A DNA stretch of 64,000 nt. It comes from a virus (Duplodnaviria; Caudoviricetes). Positions 32,320-43,023 of this stretch are shown piece after piece (positions within the stretch are counted from its first letter, which is position 1; each line of letters starts with the position of its first letter). Below the pieces are notes generated by a model, which was not told the origin of the DNA, ran no database searches, and was given only the letters and a program-made list of their open reading frames with translations. The stretch is from positions 64,001-128,000 of IMG/VR virus record IMGVR_UViG_3300028735_000004; one strand, written 5' to 3'. The position numbers and the translations under genes were made by a program.

Positions 32320-34359
32320 TTAAATACTTCCTGCACCGGTATCTCTTATTACAAGTCTTCCTTGTAATTTTAATACTTCTGCTTCTAAATTCATTTCACC
32401 CTTAGATCTTAAGAAAACATCTTGATTAGAGTACATAACAATTCTTCCGGGAGTACTTACTGTTAAGCCTTCATTATCTATTCTGAAAACAGTAATTTCA
32501 TTGGTATTATTATTAAATACCCTAATATCTACCGCTCCAGAAATATGTGCAGTATTTTTGCCTTCAAATCTGGAATCTTTAGATGGAGTTGTGCCTCCGC
32601 TTTGAATAATAATTTCTCCATCACAATCTAATGCTACGCTAATATTATTTCTTAAATCTCTGCCTACATTGCTAATAATTGCTCCCTGAGTATCTAACCA
32701 CAATGAATGTCGATCTACTGTATTAGCTCCTATATTAACTTCTAAAGATCCGTCAAAATTTAAACTACCAGATCTACCGCCTGCATTAGCATTTGGTCCA
32801 GAAACTATTATATTAGGGCTAACTATATCTTTTTTATATGGAATTAAATTTAATTGAATTTTAGTAGTTGCTTCATATTCATTTACGGTCCAATTTTTAC
32901 CTTCCTGAAATGTCCAACAAGTATCCGCTATGTTATGATATACTGTGCCGTGCTTAATATGTATTGGATTATTAGTTGAAAATCTATCAATTGGAGCTAC
33001 ATTGATGCCTTTATCGTCAATTAATGAAATAACAGCATTTTCTTCTGGAGAAAATCTATCTAATAGAATATCAACATTATTATCATTTGATACGAAGTCA
33101 TTTGGATTCTTAGTATCATCTTTAGGGTTAATTGTTGAATAATTTTCATACCTTGTTAAGAGAGGAATATTGCCGGTCTCACTGGATGCGGGAACATTTA
33201 GTTTTAATTGACCCTCTTTATCTATATCTAAGAAAAATCTGCTTCTATCTCTGGAGTAATTTTTTGTCGCTATTTCTTGATCATTTGTTTCTGGAGGTCC
33301 TAATAAATCTTTTCTGGCGTTAATTTCAAAATGGTATGCTAAAGTTTTTCGTTCCAATCTTTTAATATTTAAATAAACATTACTTCCGTCATCTGGATTT
33401 GAAGATGTTTTTTTGATTAACTTAATAGAAGTTTCGTTATCTTTACCAATAGGAACTATATTTCTATTTAAATCTAATAAATTACCATAAATATCAACGC
33501 CGGTTCCTTGAATTGATTCAATTAAATAATTTGGCTCGACTAAACTTAAACTAAACGCGTCCGATCTACTAATTCGTCTATTATAATTGTTAGAACTAAC
33601 TATATTTTCATTTCTGGAATATGATAATAGCTCTTTATCATTACTGGAGACATTAAAAGATTTTGCAAATTCATAAACTATTTCTCTTTTTTCAACTCTT
33701 GAAGGATTTTTAGTATGATTTTCATAATTAGAATAATCTAATTTTACTGTTGGATCTAACGCCACAACCTCCATTGTGTCATTATATGATAAATCAGTAT
33801 CTCTTAATGAAGTGGCATAATTTTTATTTGGATTTTTGTCTCTTAAAATAATACCATCGATTAATCTGCTGGATTCAGTAAAAGAATAAAAATTATCAAA
33901 AGTATTACTTAATACTGTTCGTTTTGTATCTAAATTTAAAGAGTTGTTGGGTTCTCCAATTAAAATACCAGTTTTTTTATTTAAAATAATAGTATTGTTA
34001 TCATCAGATTTAATTTCAAGTTGGCCTGGAATTAAATCCGGTATAATTGCCGGTTTATTTGATGTAGATAGACCCGGATGATTTGCGAAAAATGATAAAA
34101 TAAACCAAACATTACCTTCTCCCTGACATATAATAACAGGAGTGCCATTTTCCGGATATCCACCTATAAAAGACCCCGATGATCCCAGAAAAGATATTGG
34201 TAATTGAACATTTTTTATTTTTTCAGAACCAGGAGTAATTCGATCTCCAACCTGCACATCGACAGATAAGGTCTCAGGATCAAAACCAACTATTACCCCG
34301 GTTTTTAATAACCCAATTGGTTTTTGAATATTGGTTGTAGTAATACCTTTATTTATCAT
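32320..34359 (-). CDS. Baseplate central spike (gp5/gpV/gp45-like)
   Basis: N-terminal OB-fold pattern GVIVGFDPETLSVDVQVG...GGYPENGTPVII, C-terminal short beta repeats, and position after the hub. Confidence 0.65.
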   Translation of the reverse strand: MINKGITTTNIQKPIGLLKTGVIVGFDPETLSVDVQVGDRITPGSEKIKNVQLPISFLGSSGSFIGGYPENGTPVIICQGEGNVWFILSFFANHPGLSTSNKPAIIPDLIPGQLEIKSDDNNTIILNKKTGILIGEPNNSLNLDTKRTVLSNTFDNFYSFTESSRLIDGIILRDKNPNKNYATSLRDTDLSYNDTMEVVALDPTVKLDYSNYENHTKNPSRVEKREIVYEFAKSFNVSSNDKELLSYSRNENIVSSNNYNRRISRSDAFSLSLVEPNYLIESIQGTGVDIYGNLLDLNRNIVPIGKDNETSIKLIKKTSSNPDDGSNVYLNIKRLERKTLAYHFEINARKDLLGPPETNDQEIATKNYSRDRSRFFLDIDKEGQLKLNVPASSETGNIPLLTRYENYSTINPKDDTKNPNDFVSNDNNVDILLDRFSPEENAVISLIDDKGINVAPIDRFSTNNPIHIKHGTVYHNIADTCWTFQEGKNWTVNEYEATTKIQLNLIPYKKDIVSPNIIVSGPNANAGGRSGSLNFDGSLEVNIGANTVDRHSLWLDTQGAIISNVGRDLRNNISVALDCDGEIIIQSGGTTPSKDSRFEGKNTAHISGAVDIRVFNNNTNEITVFRIDNEGLTVSTPGRIVMYSNQDVFLRSKGEMNLEAEVLKLQGRLVIRDTGAGSI

Positions 34360-37300
34360 TATGAGACCGAGGAATTTTTAACTTCTTTAAAATAAACCCA
34401 ACAATCAACTATATAATTATATATAACTTGATCTATATTTTTTGCATTAACATCATCTTCTGAACTTCTATTGTTAATTATCTGTCTTGCTAAAGCATAT
34501 GCTTGTCTAGAAGGATATCTAAAATCCTTCTTTTTGGGACTTGTATCTACTGTTTGAACTTGAACTTTAGCTTCCTTTAATGATGGTGATATCAACGGTT
34601 TTAATGAATCTGTCAACATTAAAGCATTACCTTTTAACAACTTTTCTACTTCACTGGCTATGCTATTTGCCGTTGAAGAAACTGTTTTGTATTCTGTACG
34701 ATAGCTATTATAAAATATTCTTAATTCTAAAATTACTTTGGTAGTATCTGATGTTAGCGGAACTGTTGATTTTGCTGATTCAATGATTTTTTGTAAATTA
34801 TAAATATTAGATGAAGCAAAAATATTTTTAGTTAAAATATCAGATGGATTATTTGAATCAAAAGATCCTACAATTGTTCCAACATACTCTTGATTATTAA
34901 CATCATCTTGACGATTATGAATAAACTTAGTAATTTCTTTATTTTTATATAGAGTTTTGCCTATAATATCAAATTTAGTTGGAATATATTCTCCAACATT
35001 ATGACCATAAGATAAATTTAAATTAGTGGTAAAATTACCAAAACTAAAAGTATGTGACACACTTTCAACATAAAATAAAAGATCTTTATCTTCTATATAA
35101 ATTACTTCTCCTGGTTGCATATATTCATTACCAGCAATTGTTAAAGATCCTTTTAAAATTTCTTTTCTTGCTTTATTTAATAAGGCAACCGCAAATGGAG
35201 CACATTGAGTTTCGGCATTATGTAAATAAGGAGCAGAAACGCTTTGCGGAATTTTTATACCATACATTCTCCATAAATCATAATCTACTGCCGCAGCTGT
35301 TGACAACCCGCTGGAAGTTGTATTAAATGCAGTTAAAGATGGTTCTTCTAATAATAAATCCATTCTGCCTTCAACTTCAACCGCGGTATATGGCGGCGAC
35401 TCTTCATAAATTTCCATATTAATAATTTGATGGTTTTTAATTACATATCTTTTGCCAGCATCAGGTCCATAATCATCAAAATCTTCATATTCTATCATAT
35501 GTTGGAATGATTCTGGGATAGCAGAAGAGTTAATATTAGGGGCCAACATTTTATTAGCAAAATCTTCTTTATTAGAAGATAACGCTGTCGCTTCTTTTAA
35601 ATGTCTTAATGATTTTGATGCAATTTTTAATAATTTCTGTCTTTCTGATATTCTGATTGAAATTTGTTGAAATATTTCTAATAAATCAGAATTTGAAACT
35701 TGATTTGTCGTTTTATTAATATTATTTTTTTGATTTATAAACTGCTTAATATCAAAATATTGTCCTGTTTTTGAAAATAATCTATTTTTAATTTTTTCTT
35801 CTAAAGCGCTTGAATCTATTTGTTTAAATCCAACCCTTTCATATTTAAAGTCATTATCTCCAATTTTATAAACATAAAAATCTTTTGATAATAAATTATA
35901 TTTATTTACAGTATTAAACACTGATGATAATTGAGATTGCTGATTAATTGTGTCTAATTTACCTCCTTGAATTAAATAATCGGGATCTGATGATTTTTTA
36001 AATGCATCCAAATTAGGCACATATCCTTCATACGAAACAAATTTAAACTTTACATCTCCTCCGTTAATACCGTTTTCCGAATTAATATATTCCTCTAAAT
36101 CTTTATCAGATCCTTTACCAAACATTAATCCAAATAATCTAATTTCATCTTCTATTACTTCAATTTTGCTTAATAAACCAGTAATTTGTGTAGAATATAA
36201 ATCTTCTAAAAATTTTGGATATAATTCTATCCCAAAATCATTTTTTAATCTAATCATTCTATAAAATACACTGCTGGGTATTTTATTATATTGAGGAGGT
36301 CTAACTTGAATATTTCCTTGAGTATCAGCAAAAATTTCTAAATCTAATAGTGCCGCAACAGTTCTAATTTTTTCACCAACAGTAGCATATTCACTTTTCC
36401 ATATTTCTGGACTGCTGATAAAAGATGTCTCAAAAGCTTGAATATCATAATCTTTATCATAAATATCATCTACAATAAAAAGATTGATATCTTCATTACT
36501 TCTAACTCTCCAGGCCAATCTTCTTGTTAGTAAATTATTTTTTCTAATAAGTTCTTTATAACGCTCTGAACTTAATCTATTTTTATCATCATTTTCAAAA
36601 GTATCATAATCAAAAACAACTTCATTACCAATTAAATCAATATATGGTCTTCCTGTAGAAGATTGAGCTGATGATATTGATTTTAAAATATCACTTTGTA
36701 ATTTTTGAATTTCTTCATCCAATTTTTGAATTTGAATTGCTAAAGTATTTGCATTATTTTTATCTTCAGCATTGCTTGATGCTATCATAGCGTCTGATAA
36801 ACTTGCTCTTTCTTTTAATTTATCATTCAATTGATTATTAAAATTATCTACGGTTAATTTTGAAATAACCATATTTTTATAAGCATCTTGATTAATAGTT
36901 AATTTTTTAAAGGGAATGAAATTTCCATAAATTAAATTTCTATATTTTAAGCTTGACTCTAATGTTTTATAATAAGAAACTGATGGATCTTGTTGGGTAT
37001 TAGGATCTCTGGAGTAGCTATCAACTTGAGAAGCTGCGTCATAATAAGTGATAAAATTATATGGCTGTCCAGTAATTAATAATGACAAAACATTCATTAC
37101 ATCTTGTCCGGCAAATTCATCTTTAGTTAAGGTTATTCCAGATATATCGTTTGGATTTTTGTCAGAATACTCTCTCCCGCTTAAAGTTAAAGATCCTATA
37201 CCCTCTTTCCATTTATAAACAAATCCATCAGGATCATAATAAACTTTATTTACAACATTATTTTTAATTTTTTTAGCATCTTGTTGAAAGTTTTTTTCCG

Positions 37301-39164
37301 TTGGTATTCTTCCCACATAAGCTCCACTTTTATATTTAATAAAAGCAGAGTTTAATATTTTTTTATTTTCATCCAATAGCTGAGGGTCATCTTGAGGAAC
37401 TCCAGTAATTGAGTCAAATTGCAAATCAAATGGCGTCAACGGATCATATAAAGACCCATTAAAAACATCTACGGATGGTTTAAAATTAACTATACCAAAA
37501 TTAAAATAAGATGTATTATCTTGGCAGGATACGCTTACTCTTGAGAAACCTCCGCTATAAGTTGCTTTCGCTTGAGAAACAACACCCGCAAATACATGTG
37601 TTCCAGAGGCATCCTTAACAAATTGGTTTCTTAACATCATCCATAACCAATTTGGAAAATCATTACCAACAAATACCGATTTTTCAATAGAATGATCTTC
37701 TAATATATCAAATGAATTTCTTAAATCAGCAACAATATTATCTGCTGTTTGCAAAAATCCTAATGCATTGAATGCTGATTTTAATCCACCAGTAATTTTA
37801 TCATCAACCTTAGATTTAGATTCCATATATATATGCACAACATCCATTGGTTGAATAATTAATTTATTACCATAATGTAATCTTAATTTATTTCTAACAT
37901 ATTTAATTTTTGGATCTTGATTAAAATCTTTAATTTCAGATTTGGAATTTGCTTGAATTTGCATAAGATTAAAATATAAAGCAACTAATTGAGAAAATAT
38001 TGCTATTTCATTTTCATTCAATCCATCATTACCTAAAAGCTCACTATTAAGTTTAGCAGATGCATCTAAATTTAAACTACTACCACTACTATCGGTTCCT
38101 ATAGCGGCAGCAATAGCGGTTCCAATATCACCGTTTGTTTCGGAAAAAGGCCCATAATTAAATAGAATTTCTTGACCCCTAATATCGACTAATGCTCTTA
38201 ATCTTTTATCTAATAAAGCATCTGGATTAGCAATAAAAATAATTTTATTTGCGCCCCTCGCTTTCCTACTTTGATTTAAAAGAGTTGTTGTATTTTGAAT
38301 GGTTTCTTGAATTGCATCTGTTCCTAATTGAACTACGCCTCTATTATAAAAAATATTTGTTGCATCAGCAAGCGCTTTATCTATATCTATATTAGTAATT
38401 GTCATTAAATTATAAGGATCTTCTATTGTTAATGAACAATTACCTTGACCAAAATTAGTAGATACAGTTGTGTTTATATTAGTAATATTTGTTAATTCGA
38501 TAACACCGGTACCCTCACCAAAATTAGTTTTAAACATATTTTGAACATTGGTAATCCAAGTAGATGTTTTAGCAACTTGAGATAAAGATACTATTTGTCT
38601 TACACGGTCAGTTATGTTTTTAAATTTTCCAAATGCACTTTGAACAGATGGAGATAATAAAGATAATCCCGAATTTATAGCATCGGTTGCTTCAAAAATA
38701 ATTGGTAATAAATTATAATCAACTCTGCCTAATTCACTTGATATTGATTCAATTTTTGTTAATTTCTCAAATGCTGCAATTTGATTTGTTTTATTTTGAA
38801 ATAAAATTTTAGTTGCCCTAATAAACAATCTTTCTTTTTCATCAGATAAATCTATTCGATAATTTTCGGCTAAAGAAGAAAAAGCTCGTTTTTTTACAAA
38901 AACGGTAGCGGTAGGTTCTTGCATTAAAACTTCTAAATTATTTGATTTTATATTGAATTGATCTAAACGACTATACCCAGCTTCTAACCACTGACGATCT
39001 GCAGATTGATCTATACGATCTGCAAAATCTCCTAATTTCCCATATTTTTGAAAATGGCCGTCTTGAGATAAATTCAAATTATCTAATTTATTTTCACCAA
39101 TGAGGAATTGTTGTTCTAACATTCCTCCCAAATTTGACATAAAATTATCAACTTCTTTACTCAT
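34359..39164 (-). CDS. Baseplate hub protein (gp27/gp44/gpD-like), enlarged
   Basis: LEIFADTQGNIQVRPP and C-terminal GSLTIAGNEYMQPGEVIYI...FYVESVSHTFSFGNFTTNLNLSYG. Confidence 0.7.
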   Translation of the reverse strand: MSKEVDNFMSNLGGMLEQQFLIGENKLDNLNLSQDGHFQKYGKLGDFADRIDQSADRQWLEAGYSRLDQFNIKSNNLEVLMQEPTATVFVKKRAFSSLAENYRIDLSDEKERLFIRATKILFQNKTNQIAAFEKLTKIESISSELGRVDYNLLPIIFEATDAINSGLSLLSPSVQSAFGKFKNITDRVRQIVSLSQVAKTSTWITNVQNMFKTNFGEGTGVIELTNITNINTTVSTNFGQGNCSLTIEDPYNLMTITNIDIDKALADATNIFYNRGVVQLGTDAIQETIQNTTTLLNQSRKARGANKIIFIANPDALLDKRLRALVDIRGQEILFNYGPFSETNGDIGTAIAAAIGTDSSGSSLNLDASAKLNSELLGNDGLNENEIAIFSQLVALYFNLMQIQANSKSEIKDFNQDPKIKYVRNKLRLHYGNKLIIQPMDVVHIYMESKSKVDDKITGGLKSAFNALGFLQTADNIVADLRNSFDILEDHSIEKSVFVGNDFPNWLWMMLRNQFVKDASGTHVFAGVVSQAKATYSGGFSRVSVSCQDNTSYFNFGIVNFKPSVDVFNGSLYDPLTPFDLQFDSITGVPQDDPQLLDENKKILNSAFIKYKSGAYVGRIPTEKNFQQDAKKIKNNVVNKVYYDPDGFVYKWKEGIGSLTLSGREYSDKNPNDISGITLTKDEFAGQDVMNVLSLLITGQPYNFITYYDAASQVDSYSRDPNTQQDPSVSYYKTLESSLKYRNLIYGNFIPFKKLTINQDAYKNMVISKLTVDNFNNQLNDKLKERASLSDAMIASSNAEDKNNANTLAIQIQKLDEEIQKLQSDILKSISSAQSSTGRPYIDLIGNEVVFDYDTFENDDKNRLSSERYKELIRKNNLLTRRLAWRVRSNEDINLFIVDDIYDKDYDIQAFETSFISSPEIWKSEYATVGEKIRTVAALLDLEIFADTQGNIQVRPPQYNKIPSSVFYRMIRLKNDFGIELYPKFLEDLYSTQITGLLSKIEVIEDEIRLFGLMFGKGSDKDLEEYINSENGINGGDVKFKFVSYEGYVPNLDAFKKSSDPDYLIQGGKLDTINQQSQLSSVFNTVNKYNLLSKDFYVYKIGDNDFKYERVGFKQIDSSALEEKIKNRLFSKTGQYFDIKQFINQKNNINKTTNQVSNSDLLEIFQQISIRISERQKLLKIASKSLRHLKEATALSSNKEDFANKMLAPNINSSAIPESFQHMIEYEDFDDYGPDAGKRYVIKNHQIINMEIYEESPPYTAVEVEGRMDLLLEEPSLTAFNTTSSGLSTAAAVDYDLWRMYGIKIPQSVSAPYLHNAETQCAPFAVALLNKARKEILKGSLTIAGNEYMQPGEVIYIEDKDLLFYVESVSHTFSFGNFTTNLNLSYGHNVGEYIPTKFDIIGKTLYKNKEITKFIHNRQDDVNNQEYVGTIVGSFDSNNPSDILTKNIFASSNIYNLQKIIESAKSTVPLTSDTTKVILELRIFYNSYRTEYKTVSSTANSIASEVEKLLKGNALMLTDSLKPLISPSLKEAKVQVQTVDTSPKKKDFRYPSRQAYALARQIINNRSSEDDVNAKNIDQVIYNYIVDCWVYFKEVKNSSVS

Positions 39165-39171
39165 TTAAACC

Positions 39172-40029
39172 TTAATAAGTTAATCTACCATCAAATGTTA
39201 ATTCTGGACCGGTACCATTAGGATCGTTATTGCTTGGACCCTGAGTAGCACTTCTATGCCACGGAAGATAATTAGTTCTATAACCTCTTTTTTGAGTTAC
39301 TACAAAATTCATAATATAATCAAAAAGTCCTAATTTATCAGCAGCTTCAGTAAATTGAAAATCTTTAAAATAACCTCTAAATACCCATCCAGAATAAAAA
39401 ATTTCTACACCGAACGCTAATGATCCTAAAGTTGGTATATTTCTTGGTAAAACATTTTGAGTAACAGGATTTAAGCCAAATAAACCACCAGTCGCTTCTC
39501 CAACTGTATTACCAAAAACATTAGAAACTAAATCCCCTAATCCAGATATAGATGCCGCTGATGCTACAGTTAAACCAATTGAATCAAATGTATATTGTTC
39601 TGCTCTATAAACTTCATATAAAACATTTAAACCCTCTACTCCAGAACTTCCAGTATGTCCGCTAATAGTAAGGGTAGGTAATTCTTCTCCCCAATACTGA
39701 AGTATATAACCGCCTTTTGTTCTTTGTTGATCAATAACCTTATCAAATCTATATTGAATATTTTGCGGATTAATATACATATTAACTACACCAACTTGAG
39801 GAACAAAAAAATGTACTATATTTCTAACATTTTGTGCTTTAAGGCCAGCTGGTATTTTGGAAGATGGTAATCCAGAACGATCTGCGGATGGAGTTGGCGG
39901 TAAAGTAAATCCACTTTGAGCATAAGAAGAATTTTGTGCTTGATTTACTTTTTGATCAAAATCAGACCCACCATTTAATATATTTGCAAACTGTTCAGAT
40001 TTTTGTATTATAGATACCATATTTACCAC
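39172..40029 (-). CDS. Tail tube initiator / baseplate tube-like protein
   Basis: YINPQNIQY...RTKGGYILQYWGEELPTLTISGHTG...VFRGYFKDFQF; immediately downstream of the tape measure gene. Confidence 0.65.
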   Translation of the reverse strand: MVNMVSIIQKSEQFANILNGGSDFDQKVNQAQNSSYAQSGFTLPPTPSADRSGLPSSKIPAGLKAQNVRNIVHFFVPQVGVVNMYINPQNIQYRFDKVIDQQRTKGGYILQYWGEELPTLTISGHTGSSGVEGLNVLYEVYRAEQYTFDSIGLTVASAASISGLGDLVSNVFGNTVGEATGGLFGLNPVTQNVLPRNIPTLGSLAFGVEIFYSGWVFRGYFKDFQFTEAADKLGLFDYIMNFVVTQKRGYRTNYLPWHRSATQGPSNNDPNGTGPELTFDGRLTY

Positions 40030-40031
40030 CG

Positions 40032-41978
40032 TTATTGAACTATAACATTAACTCCTGAACCAGTATAATCTTGAACCGTTGCTTTGGTGCCAGGATCTGC
40101 TTGTAATTTAATAGTTATTTCAGATTTTACAGTTTGAGGCTCTTGTTTAGATACTGCTACTGCAGCTTTTGTTTCTTGTATTCCCACTTCAACATTTTTT
40201 TGTAATGATTGATTTTTAACTTCATCAACTAAACTTTTAGAAAAAGCAGTAAAATCTTGAAACATTGATTTCATATTTTGAGTTAAATCACCTATAGATG
40301 TTGTTCCTATATTAACTGCATCTTTAAAAAAATCTTTTATTGCTAATGCGTTTGTTTTAGCTAAGTCAGCTTCATTTCTGCCTATTATTGGAGTTTCGGC
40401 TGCCGCCTTATTCATACTTTCTGATAATTCGATATTTTTATTTGCATATAAATTTGAAATTTTCGCTAATTCTCCAGCACCAAAAGATATCATTTGAGAG
40501 GTATTTGCTTCTATTTTTGATAACAAAGAAGTATGTTGTTGTTGGACATCAAGGCCCTTTGCAAATATATCAACAACAGCGCTATTAGCCTCTTTTATTG
40601 CAGTTGCACCAGTTCCCTTTTGCAAAGCTTCTAATAATTTTGTGGCCTGGTCTTCATCTAACCTTTTAAAACCTAAAGCCCCACTCTGTAATAACATTCT
40701 TTGACGCATAAATTGAAATGCTGCTTCTGGGCTTTGTGTTGCTTCTTCACGAGTATAAATTCTACCTCCAAATTGACGCTTTAGATTACTAATCATCATA
40801 TTAGCAACTTCATCAGTTTTTCCCTGAGCAATCATCTGCTCTATTCTAAAAGCGCCCTGTAATCCTCCTGGGCCACCAGAACGGGCAGAAATAAGTGCCT
40901 TGGTTCCTATCTCTAAACCTTTAACACTTGAAATCATATTTTTAATTACATCAATAGAAGCGGTAGTTGTTAATCCGGTACTACGAAGAGCATTCATAAA
41001 ATTACCAAGCATTTTGGTAGCAGCTTCGGTATTATCACCCATATTCTTAAATTCAACTGAAACATCAGTTAAGAATTTTTTCGTATCATTAAATCTAATA
41101 TTTAGTGTATTAGATGCTTCAGACATCATTGAAAATAATTTAAAACCTTTTTCAATACTATCATTAACTGTTCCGGTAGCATTACCTAAATTATCATAAG
41201 CGGTTTCTAATGTTCTAGTGATTTCTTCAACACTGACATGTGCTCCGGCCGCTAATCTCAATGATGCAGTCAAAGCATTAGTTCCACCAACCAATTTATT
41301 TCCAGATTCAAAATTTTTATCTAATAAACCTGGAATTGTGCCTAATGTAGATGCATATCTGGATACCTCATTAGTTGTTAAACCGGTTGCCTTAGCGGTG
41401 TTTGTAAATGAAGTTCCCATTTCTTGAGCCATATCAGTAATATTAGAAATAATATGACCTTGTTGATCAAAAAATTTATTTAAATTTCCGGTTGATGCAG
41501 CCAAATTCATCATTTCAGCTTGCACTTTCTTATTTAAATCCAACATTTCAAAATAATTTCTAACAGCGCCTTTACCCATATTAATTACACGGCTCTCAAC
41601 TCCCATAGCTGCTGCTGCCGTTTTAAAATTACCTAATCTTTCGGACAAAGTATCAAAATGACCAACGAGAGTAGATACTGCCGCTCCGCCTTGAGCATCA
41701 AAAGATTTAAAAGGATTATTGTTAGCTATTAATGCAAAAATTTTTGATGTTTGACCCCCAACTTTAACAAAACTGTCTCCGATTCCGGAAACATCAGAAG
41801 TCATTTTTTTAAAAGCATTAGATATATCTATAAATTGTGTTCCAATTTTCTTAATTGCTTCAGCGCTTCCGCCGGCTTGATTTGTAAACCAAGTCCAAAA
41901 ATCTTCAAAATTAGCTTTTGCTATTTCTGCAGCTTCTTTAGTACTTTTATCAACTGCATCTTTGATTCCATCAACCAT
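40032..41978 (-). CDS. Tape measure protein
   Basis: Ala/Gly/Ser-rich helical composition; follows the G/GT chaperone pair. Confidence 0.7.
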   Translation of the reverse strand: MVDGIKDAVDKSTKEAAEIAKANFEDFWTWFTNQAGGSAEAIKKIGTQFIDISNAFKKMTSDVSGIGDSFVKVGGQTSKIFALIANNNPFKSFDAQGGAAVSTLVGHFDTLSERLGNFKTAAAAMGVESRVINMGKGAVRNYFEMLDLNKKVQAEMMNLAASTGNLNKFFDQQGHIISNITDMAQEMGTSFTNTAKATGLTTNEVSRYASTLGTIPGLLDKNFESGNKLVGGTNALTASLRLAAGAHVSVEEITRTLETAYDNLGNATGTVNDSIEKGFKLFSMMSEASNTLNIRFNDTKKFLTDVSVEFKNMGDNTEAATKMLGNFMNALRSTGLTTTASIDVIKNMISSVKGLEIGTKALISARSGGPGGLQGAFRIEQMIAQGKTDEVANMMISNLKRQFGGRIYTREEATQSPEAAFQFMRQRMLLQSGALGFKRLDEDQATKLLEALQKGTGATAIKEANSAVVDIFAKGLDVQQQHTSLLSKIEANTSQMISFGAGELAKISNLYANKNIELSESMNKAAAETPIIGRNEADLAKTNALAIKDFFKDAVNIGTTSIGDLTQNMKSMFQDFTAFSKSLVDEVKNQSLQKNVEVGIQETKAAVAVSKQEPQTVKSEITIKLQADPGTKATVQDYTGSGVNVIVQ

Positions 41979-42321
41979 TATGATCCTTTAATTTTCTTTT
42001 TGCGGCGCCTTTTCGGTTTTTCTGTTTCTATATTATTATTATGTTTTAATACCATCTCAAATGATTTTTCAAAATCTTCATCTGTTGTAGATACTGTATT
42101 TGTTTCAAGTATTTTTTTAACCATTTCTGGATTAATGAAAGATCCTATTAAATAAGATAAATTTTTATTTACCTCAACCTGTTCATTATAATCTTCTATC
42201 CAATTAGAAAACATCCACATTCTAACAAACGGATCCATTTCTTCCAGCTCAGGATCATCTGGCATTTTACGAAAAGTTTTACATAGGAACCAAAGAAACC
42301 GTGTCTCTGGGTCCTTTGTTA
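41978..42321 (-). CDS. Tail assembly chaperone C-terminal (T) segment, made by -1 frameshift
   Basis: The open frame extends upstream of the listed ATG (ITKDPETRFLWFLCKTFRKMPDDP) to the slippery site at the end of the G ORF. Confidence 0.72.
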
Positions 42322-42954
42322 TTTTTTTAAATTTTCAATCACCTCCTTTGCATCATCCGAATTTTTAATAGCAAATTGAGAGGCGGCCTGATTTCTTAAT
42401 TCTTCATATGCACTGTATAAAACATTTGTTATAGTTTCTTCTAATTCATCAATAAATTTTAATTTTGATTCTAACGAATTAGAACCTAAAATCATTTCTA
42501 TCTCAATACCATCTATTTGAAAAACAGATCTTGCCAAAACCTGTCTTCTAATCTCAAATCCAAGCTCCATATCATTTGTAGAAGTTTTAAGAGCACTTAA
42601 TGATATTTCTTTATTTTCTTTATTTTTCAAAGTTCTTAATGCAAAAACCGAATTACCTAAAGTGATTTCTTTAGTTAATCTACCTATATTAGCCAAATAA
42701 TTAATTCTTTCTTTTAAAGAATTATTAACCATATTATTATTTTGTTGCGCTTTTCTAAGTCTGGCTAACTCTTCTATTTCAGCTGGAGATAATTGTCTTT
42801 GCTGAAATTGTTCTTGAACTTGTCCCTGTTGATTAAATGGAAAGGTAGGATCTTCAAAATCAGGATCACTAACTGTAAATTGTTTTAATGGTTTTTCTGT
42901 TTGCGGTTGGCTGGTAAATGATTTTTTAGAGATGGGGCTATCAAAATTAGACAT
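42319..42954 (-). CDS. Tail assembly chaperone (gpG-like)
   Basis: Lies between tube and tape measure genes. AGGAG SD. Ends AAT TTA AAA AAA TAA. Confidence 0.75.
   Translation of the reverse strand: MSNFDSPISKKSFTSQPQTEKPLKQFTVSDPDFEDPTFPFNQQGQVQEQFQQRQLSPAEIEELARLRKAQQNNNMVNNSLKERINYLANIGRLTKEITLGNSVFALRTLKNKENKEISLSALKTSTNDMELGFEIRRQVLARSVFQIDGIEIEMILGSNSLESKLKFIDELEETITNVLYSAYEELRNQAASQFAIKNSDDAKEVIENLKK
42322..42331 (-). other. Programmed -1 ribosomal frameshift slippery site
   Basis: T TTA AAA and A AAA AAA heptamers in the correct X XXY YYZ phase just before the stop. The -1 frame is open into the T segment. Confidence 0.75.
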
Positions 42955-42959
42955 TAAAA

Positions 42960-43004
42960 AACTCCTAATATTATATTACTATTAATAATATATCATCAGG
43001 AGTT
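42960..43004 (-). promoter_or_regulatory. Hairpin that pairs with the chaperone RBS
   Basis: AACTCCT (43004-42998 on minus) pairs with AGGAGTT (42966-42960, containing the SD). Inner stem ATATTAT/ATAATAT at 42968-42974 and 42985-42991. Confidence 0.5.
42988..42995 (-). promoter_or_regulatory. TGATATAT putative late-promoter element
   Basis: Exact motif upstream of the chaperone gene, inside the RBS hairpin. Confidence 0.35.
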
Positions 43005-43023
43005 AAATATTATTTTTAAATTA

